Counted from the stretch's first letter, positions 1-8,743 are shown. The stretch: 64,000 bases of DNA from Candidatus Heimdallarchaeota archaeon (GCA_019057375.1 DXJF01000114.1:32001-96000), one strand, 5' to 3'. Program-made: numbers and translations. Notes: generated by a model not told the origin, from the letters alone.

Positions 1-1
1 C

Positions 2-523
2 TTCCCAAGACTTAATGTGTCCGATATGGATTACTCTCTTCAACCATCTTAGAGCTTCAAGTTGAGAAGAGATATCGGGTATGTCAAATAGATTCCATAG
101 TCTATCAGTAAGACGAATTAAAGAGAGATTCTCAATTAACTCTCCACGAGACAAAGCACCTTGGAGATTTGAGTTATATGCACAGATCGCAATTGGAAGA
201 CTTTTTGTTTCAGAATCCCAAGCTATCTTTTCCCAGAAATAGTTTCTTTCGTGTTTTATCATTTCTTCTTTGGTTGCATCAATAAGATATAACAACCCTT
301 CAAATGGAGTAAATTGCTTATGTTTGAATTTGAACCCTAAAGAATACGGTAATTCAGTTAGAGAACTATCTATTATGAATTCTGAGAGAGATGTATTAGA
401 CCTCATCAGTAGAGTTCTGTTTCTAGTTGCTGGAGTATCATCACCCAAAATTAGTATAGATACTTCTGGGTAGCCTAGTTTTCTTCGAAGAGAACTTTTC
501 AGATTCTGAATAAGGTTAGTCAT
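2..523 (-). CDS. Degenerate Arf/Arl-like small GTPase-fold protein (3' end runs off the window)
   Basis: Not in the ORF track; translated by hand from the ATG at 523: MTNLIQNLKSSLRRKLGYPEVSILILGDDTPATRN...FEGLLYLIDATKEEM...LPIAICAYNSNLQGALSRGELIENLSLIRLTDRLWNLF...LEALRWLKR. This aligns by eye to Arf ([51 protein letters not shown]; GLDWL). Confidence 0.6.
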   Translation of the reverse strand, partial: MTNLIQNLKSSLRRKLGYPEVSILILGDDTPATRNRTLLMRSNTSLSEFIIDSSLTELPYSLGFKFKHKQFTPFEGLLYLIDATKEEMIKHERNYFWEKIAWDSETKSLPIAICAYNSNLQGALSRGELIENLSLIRLTDRLWNLFDIPDISSQLEALRWLKRVIHIGHIKSWE

Positions 524-629
524 TGGGTTTCGTTAAAAAGCAACTTATGTGCATCTTTATCAATTTTTTGAATAAGAAGTTTTTAGAATAAGAGTAAAAG
601 TTTAGAACTTCAATAAAAATGAAATAGTA

Positions 630-1124
630 ATGAGTCAAAAAATCCTAAACATAGTTGTCGCAGGTATTGAGCACAATAACAAGTGGTTGTTTATCAAACG
701 TGAAAGAGGAGATTATCAGAAGAAATGGGCTTTAGCAGGGGGGAAAATGCATTTTGATGAAACAATAAAAGAATCAATTTTAAGAGAAATTAAAGAAGAA
801 ACGGGTTTAGAAGTAGAGTGGGTAGGAATTAAATCCATCCTAAATGAAAAACTCAAAGAGAAAGATTCTGGAGAAACAACACAACATTTCATTATTATTT
901 TATGTTTAACAAAAGCAAAGAGTGATGATGTCATAAAAACAGAAGAAGGAGAATTATGCTGGTTCACTGAACAAAAAATCAGAGATAATAAAGATAAGAT
1001 CATCCCCTCCGATTATCATATGATAACAAATTTGATTATGAAAGAATCATTAAACCAGATTGTTGAAGTGGAACTATTAAAAAAAGAAGATGAATTATCT
1101 CTTGGTTTATTTGAAGAATATTAA
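630..1124 (+). CDS. NUDIX hydrolase
   Basis: Nudix box GGKMHFDETIKESILREIKEETGL. Confidence 0.9.
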   Translation: MSQKILNIVVAGIEHNNKWLFIKRERGDYQKKWALAGGKMHFDETIKESILREIKEETGLEVEWVGIKSILNEKLKEKDSGETTQHFIIILCLTKAKSDDVIKTEEGELCWFTEQKIRDNKDKIIPSDYHMITNLIMKESLNQIVEVELLKKEDELSLGLFEEY

Positions 1125-2074
1125 TTAATTATTTTCTCAAATTCCTTTGAACTTATTTTAGAACCACTTAAAACAAGAACTACTTCTCGTCCTTGAAATT
1201 TCTCAATCTTTTGGATGAATGATGCAACAGACAATACCGCAGCGCCCTCAACTATCAGTTTGTGTTCTTTGAAAAGCAACCTTAATGCGTTTTTAATTTC
1301 CTCTTCTGAAACCATAATGTACTCATCTACATATTTTTTGCAAAAATCGAAAGTAATAGAATCGGGTTCGATCCCTCCAGCAGTTCCATCAGATAATGTA
1401 GGTTTTGATTCGTAATCTATTATTCTTCCTGCTTTAATTGATTCATACATTACTGGAGAATTAATTGGTTGGCACCCAATGATTTCAACTTCCCCAAATT
1501 TACTCTTCAAATAGCTTGCAATGCCTGAAATCAAACCTCCTCCTCCGATGGGAATTAAAACAAAATCTGGTTTCCTTAATTGTTTCTCTAATTCCATTCC
1601 TATAGTCCCTTGTCCCGCTATGATTTTCAAATCGTTATAGGGAGAGATAAACTCTATCATGTTTTTCTTAGCATATTCACGTGCAAATGTTTCTGTTTCA
1701 ACACAATCATTTCCGTAAAGTTCTATCTTTACATTCTGCTCTTCTAATGCTTTAATCTTAGTTTGGGATGCATTTTTAGGTAGAAATATTATTCCTTTCA
1801 ATCCCAAAATATCAATTCCATGAGCGAATGCTGCTCCATGGTTTCCAGATGAAGCAGTTATGAACTCACCTTTACTTTCTGTAGTACAAAGGAAGATCAG
1901 ACTATTCATAGCTCCTCTTATCTTAAAAGAACCAGTTACCTGTTGATTCTCTAATTTGAGATATACTTTGCAATTTCCCATTCTACTTAGAACTGGAGAG
2001 AACTCTAAGGAGGTCTCTTTAATATATGGTCTAATCCTCTCTTCAGCTTCTTGAATTTCTCTAAGTATATCCAT
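1121..2074 (-). CDS. ilvA: Threonine/serine ammonia-lyase (PLP, fold type II)
   Basis: KLENQQVTGSFKIRGA (PLP lysine), TASSGNHG, PIGGGGLISG; no C-terminal regulatory domain. Confidence 0.85.
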   Translation of the reverse strand: MDILREIQEAEERIRPYIKETSLEFSPVLSRMGNCKVYLKLENQQVTGSFKIRGAMNSLIFLCTTESKGEFITASSGNHGAAFAHGIDILGLKGIIFLPKNASQTKIKALEEQNVKIELYGNDCVETETFAREYAKKNMIEFISPYNDLKIIAGQGTIGMELEKQLRKPDFVLIPIGGGGLISGIASYLKSKFGEVEIIGCQPINSPVMYESIKAGRIIDYESKPTLSDGTAGGIEPDSITFDFCKKYVDEYIMVSEEEIKNALRLLFKEHKLIVEGAAVLSVASFIQKIEKFQGREVVLVLSGSKISSKEFEKIIN

Positions 2075-2283
2075 TTGTTTCTAAAAGATAATCTCCGATT
2101 TCTATATAAACTTTAAATCTAATCTTCTGATTCTCAATCATCATCTTTTTTGGGGTAAATCTGAAGAGAATTAGTCAAGGAAACTAAAACCAAATATTTT
2201 GGAAATATCATTACAAGTAAAGATTTAAACACCTTCTAGATTTTTCGAGAAAAGGTTTTTACTGAAAAACGAAATGATATACT

Positions 2284-3354
2284 ATGGCAACTAGTTCTTC
2301 TAATGTTTTAAATGAAGGTATTATTACCACTAGAAAAGAAAAAAAAGCGGTACAAAACAAAGCTTCTAGATATCTTTCCATTGATGTTTTCAGAGGTCTA
2401 GCAATAGTCGCAATGATTTTTGTTAATGTGATAGCTCCTTTCAATAAAGTCCCAGCATGGTCAAAGCACGCACTTGATTATGGCTTAACCTATGTTGATC
2501 TAGTTACTCCTTTCTTTATCTTTGCAATCGGCTTAACTTACACAATGTCTTTTAATCGCTATTTCGAAAAAAATGGTTGGTTTCAAACATTTCTAAGATT
2601 CTTACGAAGGTATGCAGCATTTTATGGCATGGGGATGATAGGAGCTATGTACTTCTTCACAGATAAAGGAATAGTTTTTTCTTGGGGGGTTCTACAAGCT
2701 ATAGGATTAGCAGGTAGTTTCACCTTATTCTTTCTAAAGTTTCCAAGAAGTGTGAGATTTGCGGTTGGTATTGGTTTATTAGTTGCATATCAATATATTT
2801 TGACTATACCTGTAGAAGTAGGTATAGATACTATATCCTTAGCTGATCTAAATTTAGATGATGTTCATGGTGGAATAATTGGAGGTATTGGTTTCTGTAT
2901 TCTACTGCTTTTATGTACAGCAATAATTGATGACTTTCGTAAAACAAACAAATGGTGGATTCTGGGTTGTGGGGGAATTTTTACTACAGCAGGAATTATT
3001 TTACATTTTGTTTGGAAATTAACAGGTTGGCCGTTATACGGGGGAATCTCCAAAGAGAGGGTCACCGCATCATATATCCTCCTCACAGTTGGATTAGGTT
3101 CAATTCTTTTCTGGTTGTTATGGTTTATCTATGATAAAAAACAGATTACGAAGAACAGAAGCATTTTACAACCAATTGGGAGAAATTCATTTTTTATCTA
3201 TATAATTCACCCCATAATGATTATGTTAACACAATTAATCTTACCAATCGACACCCACTTTGCACTTGTAATGTTTCTAGGAATAGTTAGTGTGGTTATT
3301 TTGTGGACTGTATCGTTCTTTCTTGATAAGAAGAAAATCTACATAATAATATGA
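2284..3354 (+). CDS. Multi-pass membrane acyltransferase, HGSNAT/NagX-like
   Basis: RYLSIDVFRGLAIVAMIFVN, DLVTPFFIFAIG, WGVLQAIG and IGRNSFFIYIIH motifs; about 10 hydrophobic segments. Confidence 0.75.
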   Translation: MATSSSNVLNEGIITTRKEKKAVQNKASRYLSIDVFRGLAIVAMIFVNVIAPFNKVPAWSKHALDYGLTYVDLVTPFFIFAIGLTYTMSFNRYFEKNGWFQTFLRFLRRYAAFYGMGMIGAMYFFTDKGIVFSWGVLQAIGLAGSFTLFFLKFPRSVRFAVGIGLLVAYQYILTIPVEVGIDTISLADLNLDDVHGGIIGGIGFCILLLLCTAIIDDFRKTNKWWILGCGGIFTTAGIILHFVWKLTGWPLYGGISKERVTASYILLTVGLGSILFWLLWFIYDKKQITKNRSILQPIGRNSFFIYIIHPIMIMLTQLILPIDTHFALVMFLGIVSVVILWTVSFFLDKKKIYIII

Positions 3355-3367
3355 TAAATGAGGTATA

Positions 3368-4285
3368 ATGATGAAAGTAGTAGAAGATATTACACAACTC
3401 ATTGGAGAAACTCCCTTAGTAAAACTAGGAAGGCTCTTTCCAAACTCTGAAATTTTTGGCAAATGCGAATTCATGAACCCTTTAAGTGTAAAGGATCGTC
3501 CTGTTCTGCAAATCTTTAGTGATGCTGAAGAACAAGGTTTGATTAAGCCAGGAGATACTGTGATTGAATGTACAAGTGGAAACACAGGAATGGCAGTTTC
3601 TTTGATTGCAGCCATAAAGAATTACAAAGCAATTTTAGTCATGTCAGAAATACAAAGTATTGAACGACGCCAAATTCTTAGTGCTTTGGGAGCTGAATTG
3701 ATTCTGACACCTGCGGAATTAGGGACTGAAGGGTCCCGACAGAAATTAAAGGAATTATTAGAAGAAAACCCTGATTACTTTTATATAGGACAGCATGTGA
3801 ATTCTTCAAACCCCAAAGCCCATTATCTATCAACTGGTCCTGAACTATGGGAACAAACAGAGGGAGAGATAGATATTCTAATTGCAGGATTAGGTACAGG
3901 AGGAACAATATGTGGTGCAGGTAAATACTTGAAGGAAAAAAATCCAAATGTACAATTGATTGCAGTAGAACCTTTTGAATCACCTTATATCTCTAAGGGA
4001 ATATTCAAACCCCACAAAATAATGGGCACAGCACCAGGATTTGTACCTGAAACACTTGACAAGGATATAATTGATGAGATATTTCTGGTTAAACAAGCTG
4101 ATGCTTTTGAGATGTGTAGAAAAATGGCATTAATAGAAGGTATTCTAATTGGAATAAGCTCAGGAGCAGTATGTGAGGCAGCAAAACAAATTTCGAAAAG
4201 AGTAGAGAATAAGAAAAAGAAAATTGTTGTTGTTTTAGCGGATACAGGACAAAGATACTTGAGCGTGGAAGGATTATTTGTTTGA
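3368..4285 (+). CDS. cysK: Cysteine synthase (O-acetylserine sulfhydrylase family)
   Basis: LIGETPLVKL, EFMNPLSVKDR, TSGNTG, GLGTGGT, DTGQRYLS. Confidence 0.9.
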   Translation: MMKVVEDITQLIGETPLVKLGRLFPNSEIFGKCEFMNPLSVKDRPVLQIFSDAEEQGLIKPGDTVIECTSGNTGMAVSLIAAIKNYKAILVMSEIQSIERRQILSALGAELILTPAELGTEGSRQKLKELLEENPDYFYIGQHVNSSNPKAHYLSTGPELWEQTEGEIDILIAGLGTGGTICGAGKYLKEKNPNVQLIAVEPFESPYISKGIFKPHKIMGTAPGFVPETLDKDIIDEIFLVKQADAFEMCRKMALIEGILIGISSGAVCEAAKQISKRVENKKKKIVVVLADTGQRYLSVEGLFV

Positions 4286-4298
4286 TTTAAAAGAGGAG

Positions 4299-4321
4299 TG
4301 GTGGGGCAGGGCGGATTCGAA
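4299..4321 (-). pseudogene. 3' fragment (T-loop to CCA) of a tRNA-Val(GAC) gene
   Basis: Reverse complement reads TTCGAAT CCGCC CTGCCCC A CCA. The acceptor strand is identical to that of tRNA-Val at 6335-6443. The T-stem strand CCGCC differs from that copy but pairs with GGCG of the 5' fragment at 8655-8708. Confidence 0.85.
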
Positions 4322-4360
4322 TAGACTCCTTTAAAATGAGGGAAAGGAAGAGTTTTAAGA

Positions 4361-6328
4361 TTGAACGGTAAAATGTACGAGATGAAAGAGCAAAGAATTC
4401 TAGTATTTATTCTGGTATTCTATCTTACTTTAAATGTAAATATAATTAAAGCCAATAGAACTGATACTTTTCTCTTAACAACCACAAACACCTCTATTCA
4501 GGATAATAAAGCATCAACAGTAAGTCAAACCAGTTCATTGTTCATAGATGATGACTCTGATTTCATCACACTTAACTTCCCTGGAAGTGGAACAAAAGGT
4601 GACCCCTACTTAATTGAAAACTATCAAATCATCACCACTGGTAGAGAAGCAGGTATTGATATTCAGAATACAAGTAAACATTTCATTATTAGAAATTGTA
4701 CTATTGAAACTGACAGTTGGGGTATTCGACTAAATGAAATAGCTCCTAATACAGCATCAATCATTGATAATGAGTTCATAGATAATGATTATACAGCTAT
4801 ATCCATCTACAATTCAATTGGAGTTACAATTTCCAATAATAAATTCAAAAATAATGACGAAGCATTATACTTAAGGAAATCTAGTTTCTTAACTATATCT
4901 AACAATACGTTTGAAGAGAATTGGCATGGTTTGCTCACATCTGGAACTGATTCATTAATTATAGAAGACAACTTTTTCTATTCAAATGTAATTGCAATAA
5001 GCATTACAGCAGTTACTGGTTTTTGTATCAAAAATAATGTTTTTAAAAATAATTCCAGATACGGAATGAATCTATATGCAACAGACAACACACTGGTTTC
5101 GAATAATACATGCAGTGATAGTGGATGGCGAGGAATCCTAGTTCGTCAGTCGATGTTTGTTGTTTTAAACCATAACACTCTTACTAATGATGGTATCCAC
5201 ATTGATTATTACTCGGTAGAATATGGAAGTTTTTCAAATAATCAAGTCAATTCTAGAATTCTTGGATTTTTCAAAAATAAGAATGACTTAGAACTAAAAG
5301 ACCCAATTTATGGTCAGTTAATTTTGTCAGACTGTAAAAAGGGAACCATTTCTAATCAAAATCTCTCAAACACAAGCATTGGTATAACATTGTACAATTG
5401 TGAGAAGACCACCATAATAAATAGTACTTGTAACAATAATGACGGTGATGGAATCCAAATTCATAATTCTGATGGATGTTCAGTGAGTAATAACACTTGC
5501 AATAATAATGATAATGGGATCAGTGTTGTAAACTCAAATCATTGTAATGTATCGAATAATATCTTACTTGGGAATTGGGAGAGCATAGAATTAACAAAAT
5601 CTAACTCAGCAGAAATTAATCTAAACAAATGTTCATTTAACAAAAACCATGGAATAACAATAATAAATTCCGAATATGGATTTGTAACTAATAACAATTG
5701 TTCAGATAATCATAACGATGGAATTCGAATACTAAGTTCAAATTATTTCGTGATTGCTAACAACTCGTGTATAAATAACAGAGAGGAGGCAATTTACTTA
5801 ATAACAACTATTGTTTCTATTGTTTACAATAATCTCTGCAAAAATAACACAAACGGGATATACATCGGACATTCAGGATTTAGTCCTATTCCTGAATTTG
5901 TACCCCCACCTCCAGATTCATATTCGGAAGTAATTTCTAATCATCTTGAAGAAAATAGTAAATATGGAGTTTATCTTAATCGACTGACTCAGGATAACAG
6001 CATACATCATAATTCCTTCATTAATAATGGTGAGGAAGGAATAGCACAAGCTTATGACACAGGATATAGAAATACTTGGTTTGATAAGAAGACAAATGAA
6101 GGTAATTTTTGGTCTGATATGGGGACCGGATCTTATGAAATTGCAGGAGAAGCAAATTCAATCGACAAATATCCGCTAATGGAACCCAAAATGATAGAAA
6201 TGCCGGAAATTCCATCAAATTGGCCAACTTACAGAACTAAATCTAATCCACAAATAATATGCATAGGAATAGTGACATTAGTTATTCTGAAACGTAGAAA
6301 ATTAAGATTTAAAAGAAGAAAAATCTAA
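4361..6328 (+). CDS. Secreted/surface right-handed parallel beta-helix (NosD/CASH-repeat) protein with C-terminal membrane anchor
   Basis: N-terminal hydrophobic signal; GSGTKGDPYLIENY; many IxxNxxxNNxxGI repeats; GNFWSD motif; C-terminal hydrophobic stretch followed by KRRK. Confidence 0.85.
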   Translation: MNGKMYEMKEQRILVFILVFYLTLNVNIIKANRTDTFLLTTTNTSIQDNKASTVSQTSSLFIDDDSDFITLNFPGSGTKGDPYLIENYQIITTGREAGIDIQNTSKHFIIRNCTIETDSWGIRLNEIAPNTASIIDNEFIDNDYTAISIYNSIGVTISNNKFKNNDEALYLRKSSFLTISNNTFEENWHGLLTSGTDSLIIEDNFFYSNVIAISITAVTGFCIKNNVFKNNSRYGMNLYATDNTLVSNNTCSDSGWRGILVRQSMFVVLNHNTLTNDGIHIDYYSVEYGSFSNNQVNSRILGFFKNKNDLELKDPIYGQLILSDCKKGTISNQNLSNTSIGITLYNCEKTTIINSTCNNNDGDGIQIHNSDGCSVSNNTCNNNDNGISVVNSNHCNVSNNILLGNWESIELTKSNSAEINLNKCSFNKNHGITIINSEYGFVTNNNCSDNHNDGIRILSSNYFVIANNSCINNREEAIYLITTIVSIVYNNLCKNNTNGIYIGHSGFSPIPEFVPPPPDSYSEVISNHLEENSKYGVYLNRLTQDNSIHHNSFINNGEEGIAQAYDTGYRNTWFDKKTNEGNFWSDMGTGSYEIAGEANSIDKYPLMEPKMIEMPEIPSNWPTYRTKSNPQIICIGIVTLVILKRRKLRFKRRKI

Positions 6329-6334
6329 AGAGTA

Positions 6335-6443
6335 TGGTGGGGCAGGCAAGATTCGAACTTGCGACTTCCTCCACTTTTTGTCTGTAGGTTTTCCACCTTG
6401 CAGATGTCAAGGAGGTATCATAGCCAAGCTAGATCACTGCCCC
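6335..6443 (-). tRNA. tRNA-Val(GAC) with 31-nt anticodon-loop intron, CCA encoded
   Basis: Acceptor GGGGCAG/CTGCCCC, anticodon stem CCTCC/GGAGG with TT-GAC, T-arm GCAAG-TTCGAAT-CTTGC. The intron (6375-6405, +/-1 nt) forms a hairpin with a relaxed BHB-like motif. Confidence 0.92.
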
Positions 6444-6477
6444 TTTTGCCGATAAGCTTTTCGCCTACTTTTCTTTC

Positions 6478-6504
6478 CTTGTTTTCTTTAAATGTTTTTT
6501 GTTA
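6478..6504 (-). promoter_or_regulatory. Putative BRE/TATA promoter of tRNA-Val
   Basis: Minus strand reads TAACAAAAAACATTTAAAG, about 45 nt upstream of the tRNA; 26/27 identical to 8744-8770. Confidence 0.6.
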
Positions 6505-6641
6505 TCCAGCTCTTTTAGTCAAGTAGACAAATTCGCAGAAAACATGGACAAGCTAGCCATATCCTTTGCAAGAAGTATAAACAGACAACAGAGAGGAAAA
6601 ACCCATCATAACAGAAGATTTTATCGAGTTTAAAAACCATT

Positions 6642-8594
6642 TTGTGGATATTGTTACTGAGTGAATTGGTCACACAAGCAACAAGTAAAACTCAAACAAT
6701 TATGTCTCCCTCGTCAAAGGGAGTGATGAGAAGTTATCAGGTGGTGCTCAAGTGTATAGACCAATCCCAAAGAGAAGAGATTAACCAGAGAATAAAAACA
6801 TTAGAAGAACAACAAAATCAGCTACTCACCCCTCAAGTTGTCAAGCAAGCAGTAGAACTCTATAGAACCAATCCCAAAGAAGGATTTTTCACACGCCAAC
6901 TCTGCAAAAAAGTAGGGAAAAGTCCAAATATTGCAGAAAGTGCTTTCCACTGGTTATACATAGCTATCAAAGGAAAGATAGATAAGGAGAAGAAAGTGGA
7001 AGGGTTATTGAGCTTTCTTTTGAAAAATCCTCAACAGCTGATAGAATGGCTGATTTTTGGTCGTTCCCCTTATACTGAGCGAAGTTTAGAAAACTATTGG
7101 AGACTAAAAAGAAAATATATCATTAACCTCCTCACCAGTACTAGATCCAAAACTGATTCCTATTGGAGAAAAAAACACAAACACAACTATTTTGCTGACT
7201 TCCTACAATTCAACGACTCCCTTCCTTTTACGTCACAAACTGATATCCTCCAAGCTCTTGATGATGCGCTGTTTTACTACAATCATGAATTTTCTCTCAT
7301 CCCACAGCTTACCAAAAATCAGAAAGCATTTCTGAAAAAACTCCAACTCTTAAAGAAGGAACAAAAAACTGTAGTACCTTTTCTCACTTCATGGATCAAA
7401 GGTCCTCAAACTTCTCGATGGAAAAGTCTCAAAACTCTCTCCGAACAACTAGCTTCAATTATAGGCAAACCTTCTCGAAAACTCTTTTCAGTAGTTAGAC
7501 TGATAATTGTTTTCACACTCTTTGATCATTACATGCAGAGTGTCCCTCAGTTAGTTAAGGCTCTCCCTATTGCTAATGTTGTTCCCCTACCATTTAAACG
7601 AAAAAAGAAAGGAAGATTACCAATCAAATTGCTAATGAAGAAAAACTATGTTATCACCCGTCAAGGGAATGCTCAAGAATTGACTGATCAGGTAAAAAAA
7701 CAAGGATGGACGGAATTTTGTTTTCCGCAAAAGGGAAAACAGCGACTAACAGCTCAAGTTCACTTTCCTAAAAAAGTAATAGGGTATATTGGAAATGGTG
7801 CACACTTCAAAGTCTTCCAAGTAAGTAGTGGACAAGCTCCTAGTTTCAAACCTAGGGTGGATGTGGTACTCGAAGGAGCTCATGCTTGCTTCCATTCATC
7901 CAAACTTCTTCACCGTTATCTTGCTAATGTTTCTGCAAAGAAAGCTTCTATTCTTGGAGTAGATATTAACCGCTTAGGACAGTATATGGTCGTGTTTAAC
8001 ACCCCTATCCCTCTGCCTCCAGATTTACTAAACTTAGCAGCACACTATAAACATCTCAGCACAAAAGTTCTGGATGAGTTGAACACAGGTTTTCTCCGTA
8101 AAAGAAAAGAGTATGATTCCCACGGGTGTTGTAAACTTAAAGGTGAACTTGACCGTGTTTATACTCGTCGCAGCCGCATCCTTCGCGAAATCACTTATCT
8201 CCTCCCCCACTTTCTTGCTGCAGTAATGGTGAAAAAGAAGTGTAAAGTGTTAAAGATTGAACGTTTAACTGTTGATCCTACCGGCACCAGAGGAGCTTTA
8301 GCTAAAGCTATTTACACCATGCCCGATAGTTTGTTCATTTACAAAAAAGCAGTGTGGTTAGCTTCTTTGGAGTTAGGGTATGATGTGCAGTTAGAAGCAG
8401 TTCACCCATATCATACCAGCACCATTCATTACGGATGTGGAGGTCTTCTTACTCGTCAAAAAGGTCAGTATGATGTTGCTCCTTGTAAAAAGTGTGGTCA
8501 AAAGGTCCCTACTCATGCTAATGCTGCCAAAAATATTGCTTCCCTTCAAGGTATCTTTCTTCCTCCCGATTCCTTCCCCTCAACGCACGTGTAG
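6642..8594 (+). CDS. tnpB: Large TnpB-like (IS200/IS605 OrfB, Cas12f-like) RNA-guided RuvC protein; likely start ATG 6702
   Basis: RuvC-I ILGVDINR, RuvC-II VLKIERL, VHPYHTSTIHYGCG...CKKCG zinc finger, RuvC-III region THANAAKNIA (Asp position is His). Confidence 0.85.
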   Translation: MWILLLSELVTQATSKTQTIMSPSSKGVMRSYQVVLKCIDQSQREEINQRIKTLEEQQNQLLTPQVVKQAVELYRTNPKEGFFTRQLCKKVGKSPNIAESAFHWLYIAIKGKIDKEKKVEGLLSFLLKNPQQLIEWLIFGRSPYTERSLENYWRLKRKYIINLLTSTRSKTDSYWRKKHKHNYFADFLQFNDSLPFTSQTDILQALDDALFYYNHEFSLIPQLTKNQKAFLKKLQLLKKEQKTVVPFLTSWIKGPQTSRWKSLKTLSEQLASIIGKPSRKLFSVVRLIIVFTLFDHYMQSVPQLVKALPIANVVPLPFKRKKKGRLPIKLLMKKNYVITRQGNAQELTDQVKKQGWTEFCFPQKGKQRLTAQVHFPKKVIGYIGNGAHFKVFQVSSGQAPSFKPRVDVVLEGAHACFHSSKLLHRYLANVSAKKASILGVDINRLGQYMVVFNTPIPLPPDLLNLAAHYKHLSTKVLDELNTGFLRKRKEYDSHGCCKLKGELDRVYTRRSRILREITYLLPHFLAAVMVKKKCKVLKIERLTVDPTGTRGALAKAIYTMPDSLFIYKKAVWLASLELGYDVQLEAVHPYHTSTIHYGCGGLLTRQKGQYDVAPCKKCGQKVPTHANAAKNIASLQGIFLPPDSFPSTHV

Positions 8595-8674
8595 GGGACC
8601 CATTCAAACGACGGTTAAATAGCCTCTGCAAGTTTAACCAAGTTTCATAACGTGCGCCGACTTCCTCCACGTCA
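8560..8674 (+). ncRNA. Candidate omega/reRNA of the TnpB-like gene (scaffold plus ~20-nt guide; 5' boundary unknown)
   Basis: Hairpins CCCCT(8576-80)/AGGGG(8593-97) and GGTTAAA/TTTAACC. The loop CGCACGT (8584-90) is complementary to ACGTGCG (8650-56), a pseudoknot next to the putative guide. Confidence 0.5.
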
Positions 8675-8708
8675 AGGAGGTATCATAGCCAGGCTAGATC
8701 ACTGCCCC
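8655..8708 (-). pseudogene. 5' fragment (acceptor to T-stem 5' strand) of an intron-less tRNA-Val(GAC) gene
   Basis: Reverse complement GGGGCAGTGATCTAGCCTGGCTATGATACCTCCTTGACGTGGAGGAAGTCGGCG, then unrelated sequence. Nearly identical to the exons of 6335-6443 but has no intron. Confidence 0.88.
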
Positions 8709-8743
8709 CTTTTATTGATAGGTCTTTCTTCGTTCTCTTCTTT

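Larger units (their letters stand above)
4322..8654. mobile_element. Putative tRNA-Val-interrupting cassette (beta-helix gene + intact tRNA-Val + TnpB-like gene/omega-RNA); no transposase or integrase inside
   Basis: Lies exactly between two complementary pieces of one tRNA gene and carries a TnpB-like ORF at its right end. Mobility is inferred, not shown. Confidence 0.5.

Noticed and set aside
4299-8708. Trans-spliced split tRNA (Nanoarchaeum-type)
   Set aside because: The trailer of the 5' piece (CACGTTATG...) is not complementary to the leader of the 3' piece, there is no BHB at the join, and an intact copy exists.
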